Positions 54,079 through 54,108 of a stretch of 54,108 nt of DNA are shown here, in pieces. Position 1 is the stretch's first letter; each line of letters opens with the position of its first letter. The notes under the pieces were generated by a model. That model saw nothing but the letters and a program-made list of their open reading frames with translations. It ran no database searches and was not told the origin of the DNA. A program made the translations under genes and the position numbers. Origin of the DNA: a virus (taxonomy: Duplodnaviria; Caudoviricetes); the IMG/VR virus record IMGVR_UViG_3300043395_001550, positions 1 to 54,108 of that record. One strand, given 5' to 3'.

Positions 54079-54108
54079 AAATCAAGAGCCACCGGTGGCG
54101 CCAGTGGG

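Noticed and set aside
1-54108. tRNA, rRNA or photosystem genes
   Set aside because: Intergenic gaps are short and show no cloverleaf; no psbA, psbD or hli motifs seen in the ORFs

Overview
This 54 kb window is part of a T4-like cyanophage (cyanomyovirus) genome, coded mostly on the minus strand. It holds the baseplate/tail block (gp5, gp27-like hub, two large proteins with muralytic domains, gp51, gp26, gp54-like, gp4, gp2, gp48, gp53), replication and transcription genes (gp32, gp59, gp33, exonuclease), several tail-fibre and virion proteins, and host-metabolism genes (prs, LOG, cp12, phoH, thyX, speD, two glutaredoxins, a glycosyltransferase-methyltransferase fusion). I saw no tRNA, rRNA, CRISPR array or transposon. 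The most unusual element is at 47342-47630 (minus): a late promoter precedes two tandem glutamine-riboswitch (glnA-type) aptamers. The P2 loop of the second aptamer is filled exactly by an unannotated 55-aa ORF whose start and stop codons lie in the two arms of a perfect 13-bp stem, upstream of a DUF4278/IF17-like gene. Other notable items are a roughly 63-nt candidate sRNA bounded by a sigma70 promoter and a terminator (20740-20802), five copies of a palindromic box at fixed spacing from -10 hexamers, a LOG+prs nucleotide-recycling pair, and tandem paralogs with identical DNA blocks around variable cores. All calls come from reading motifs and recalling families; no database search was run.
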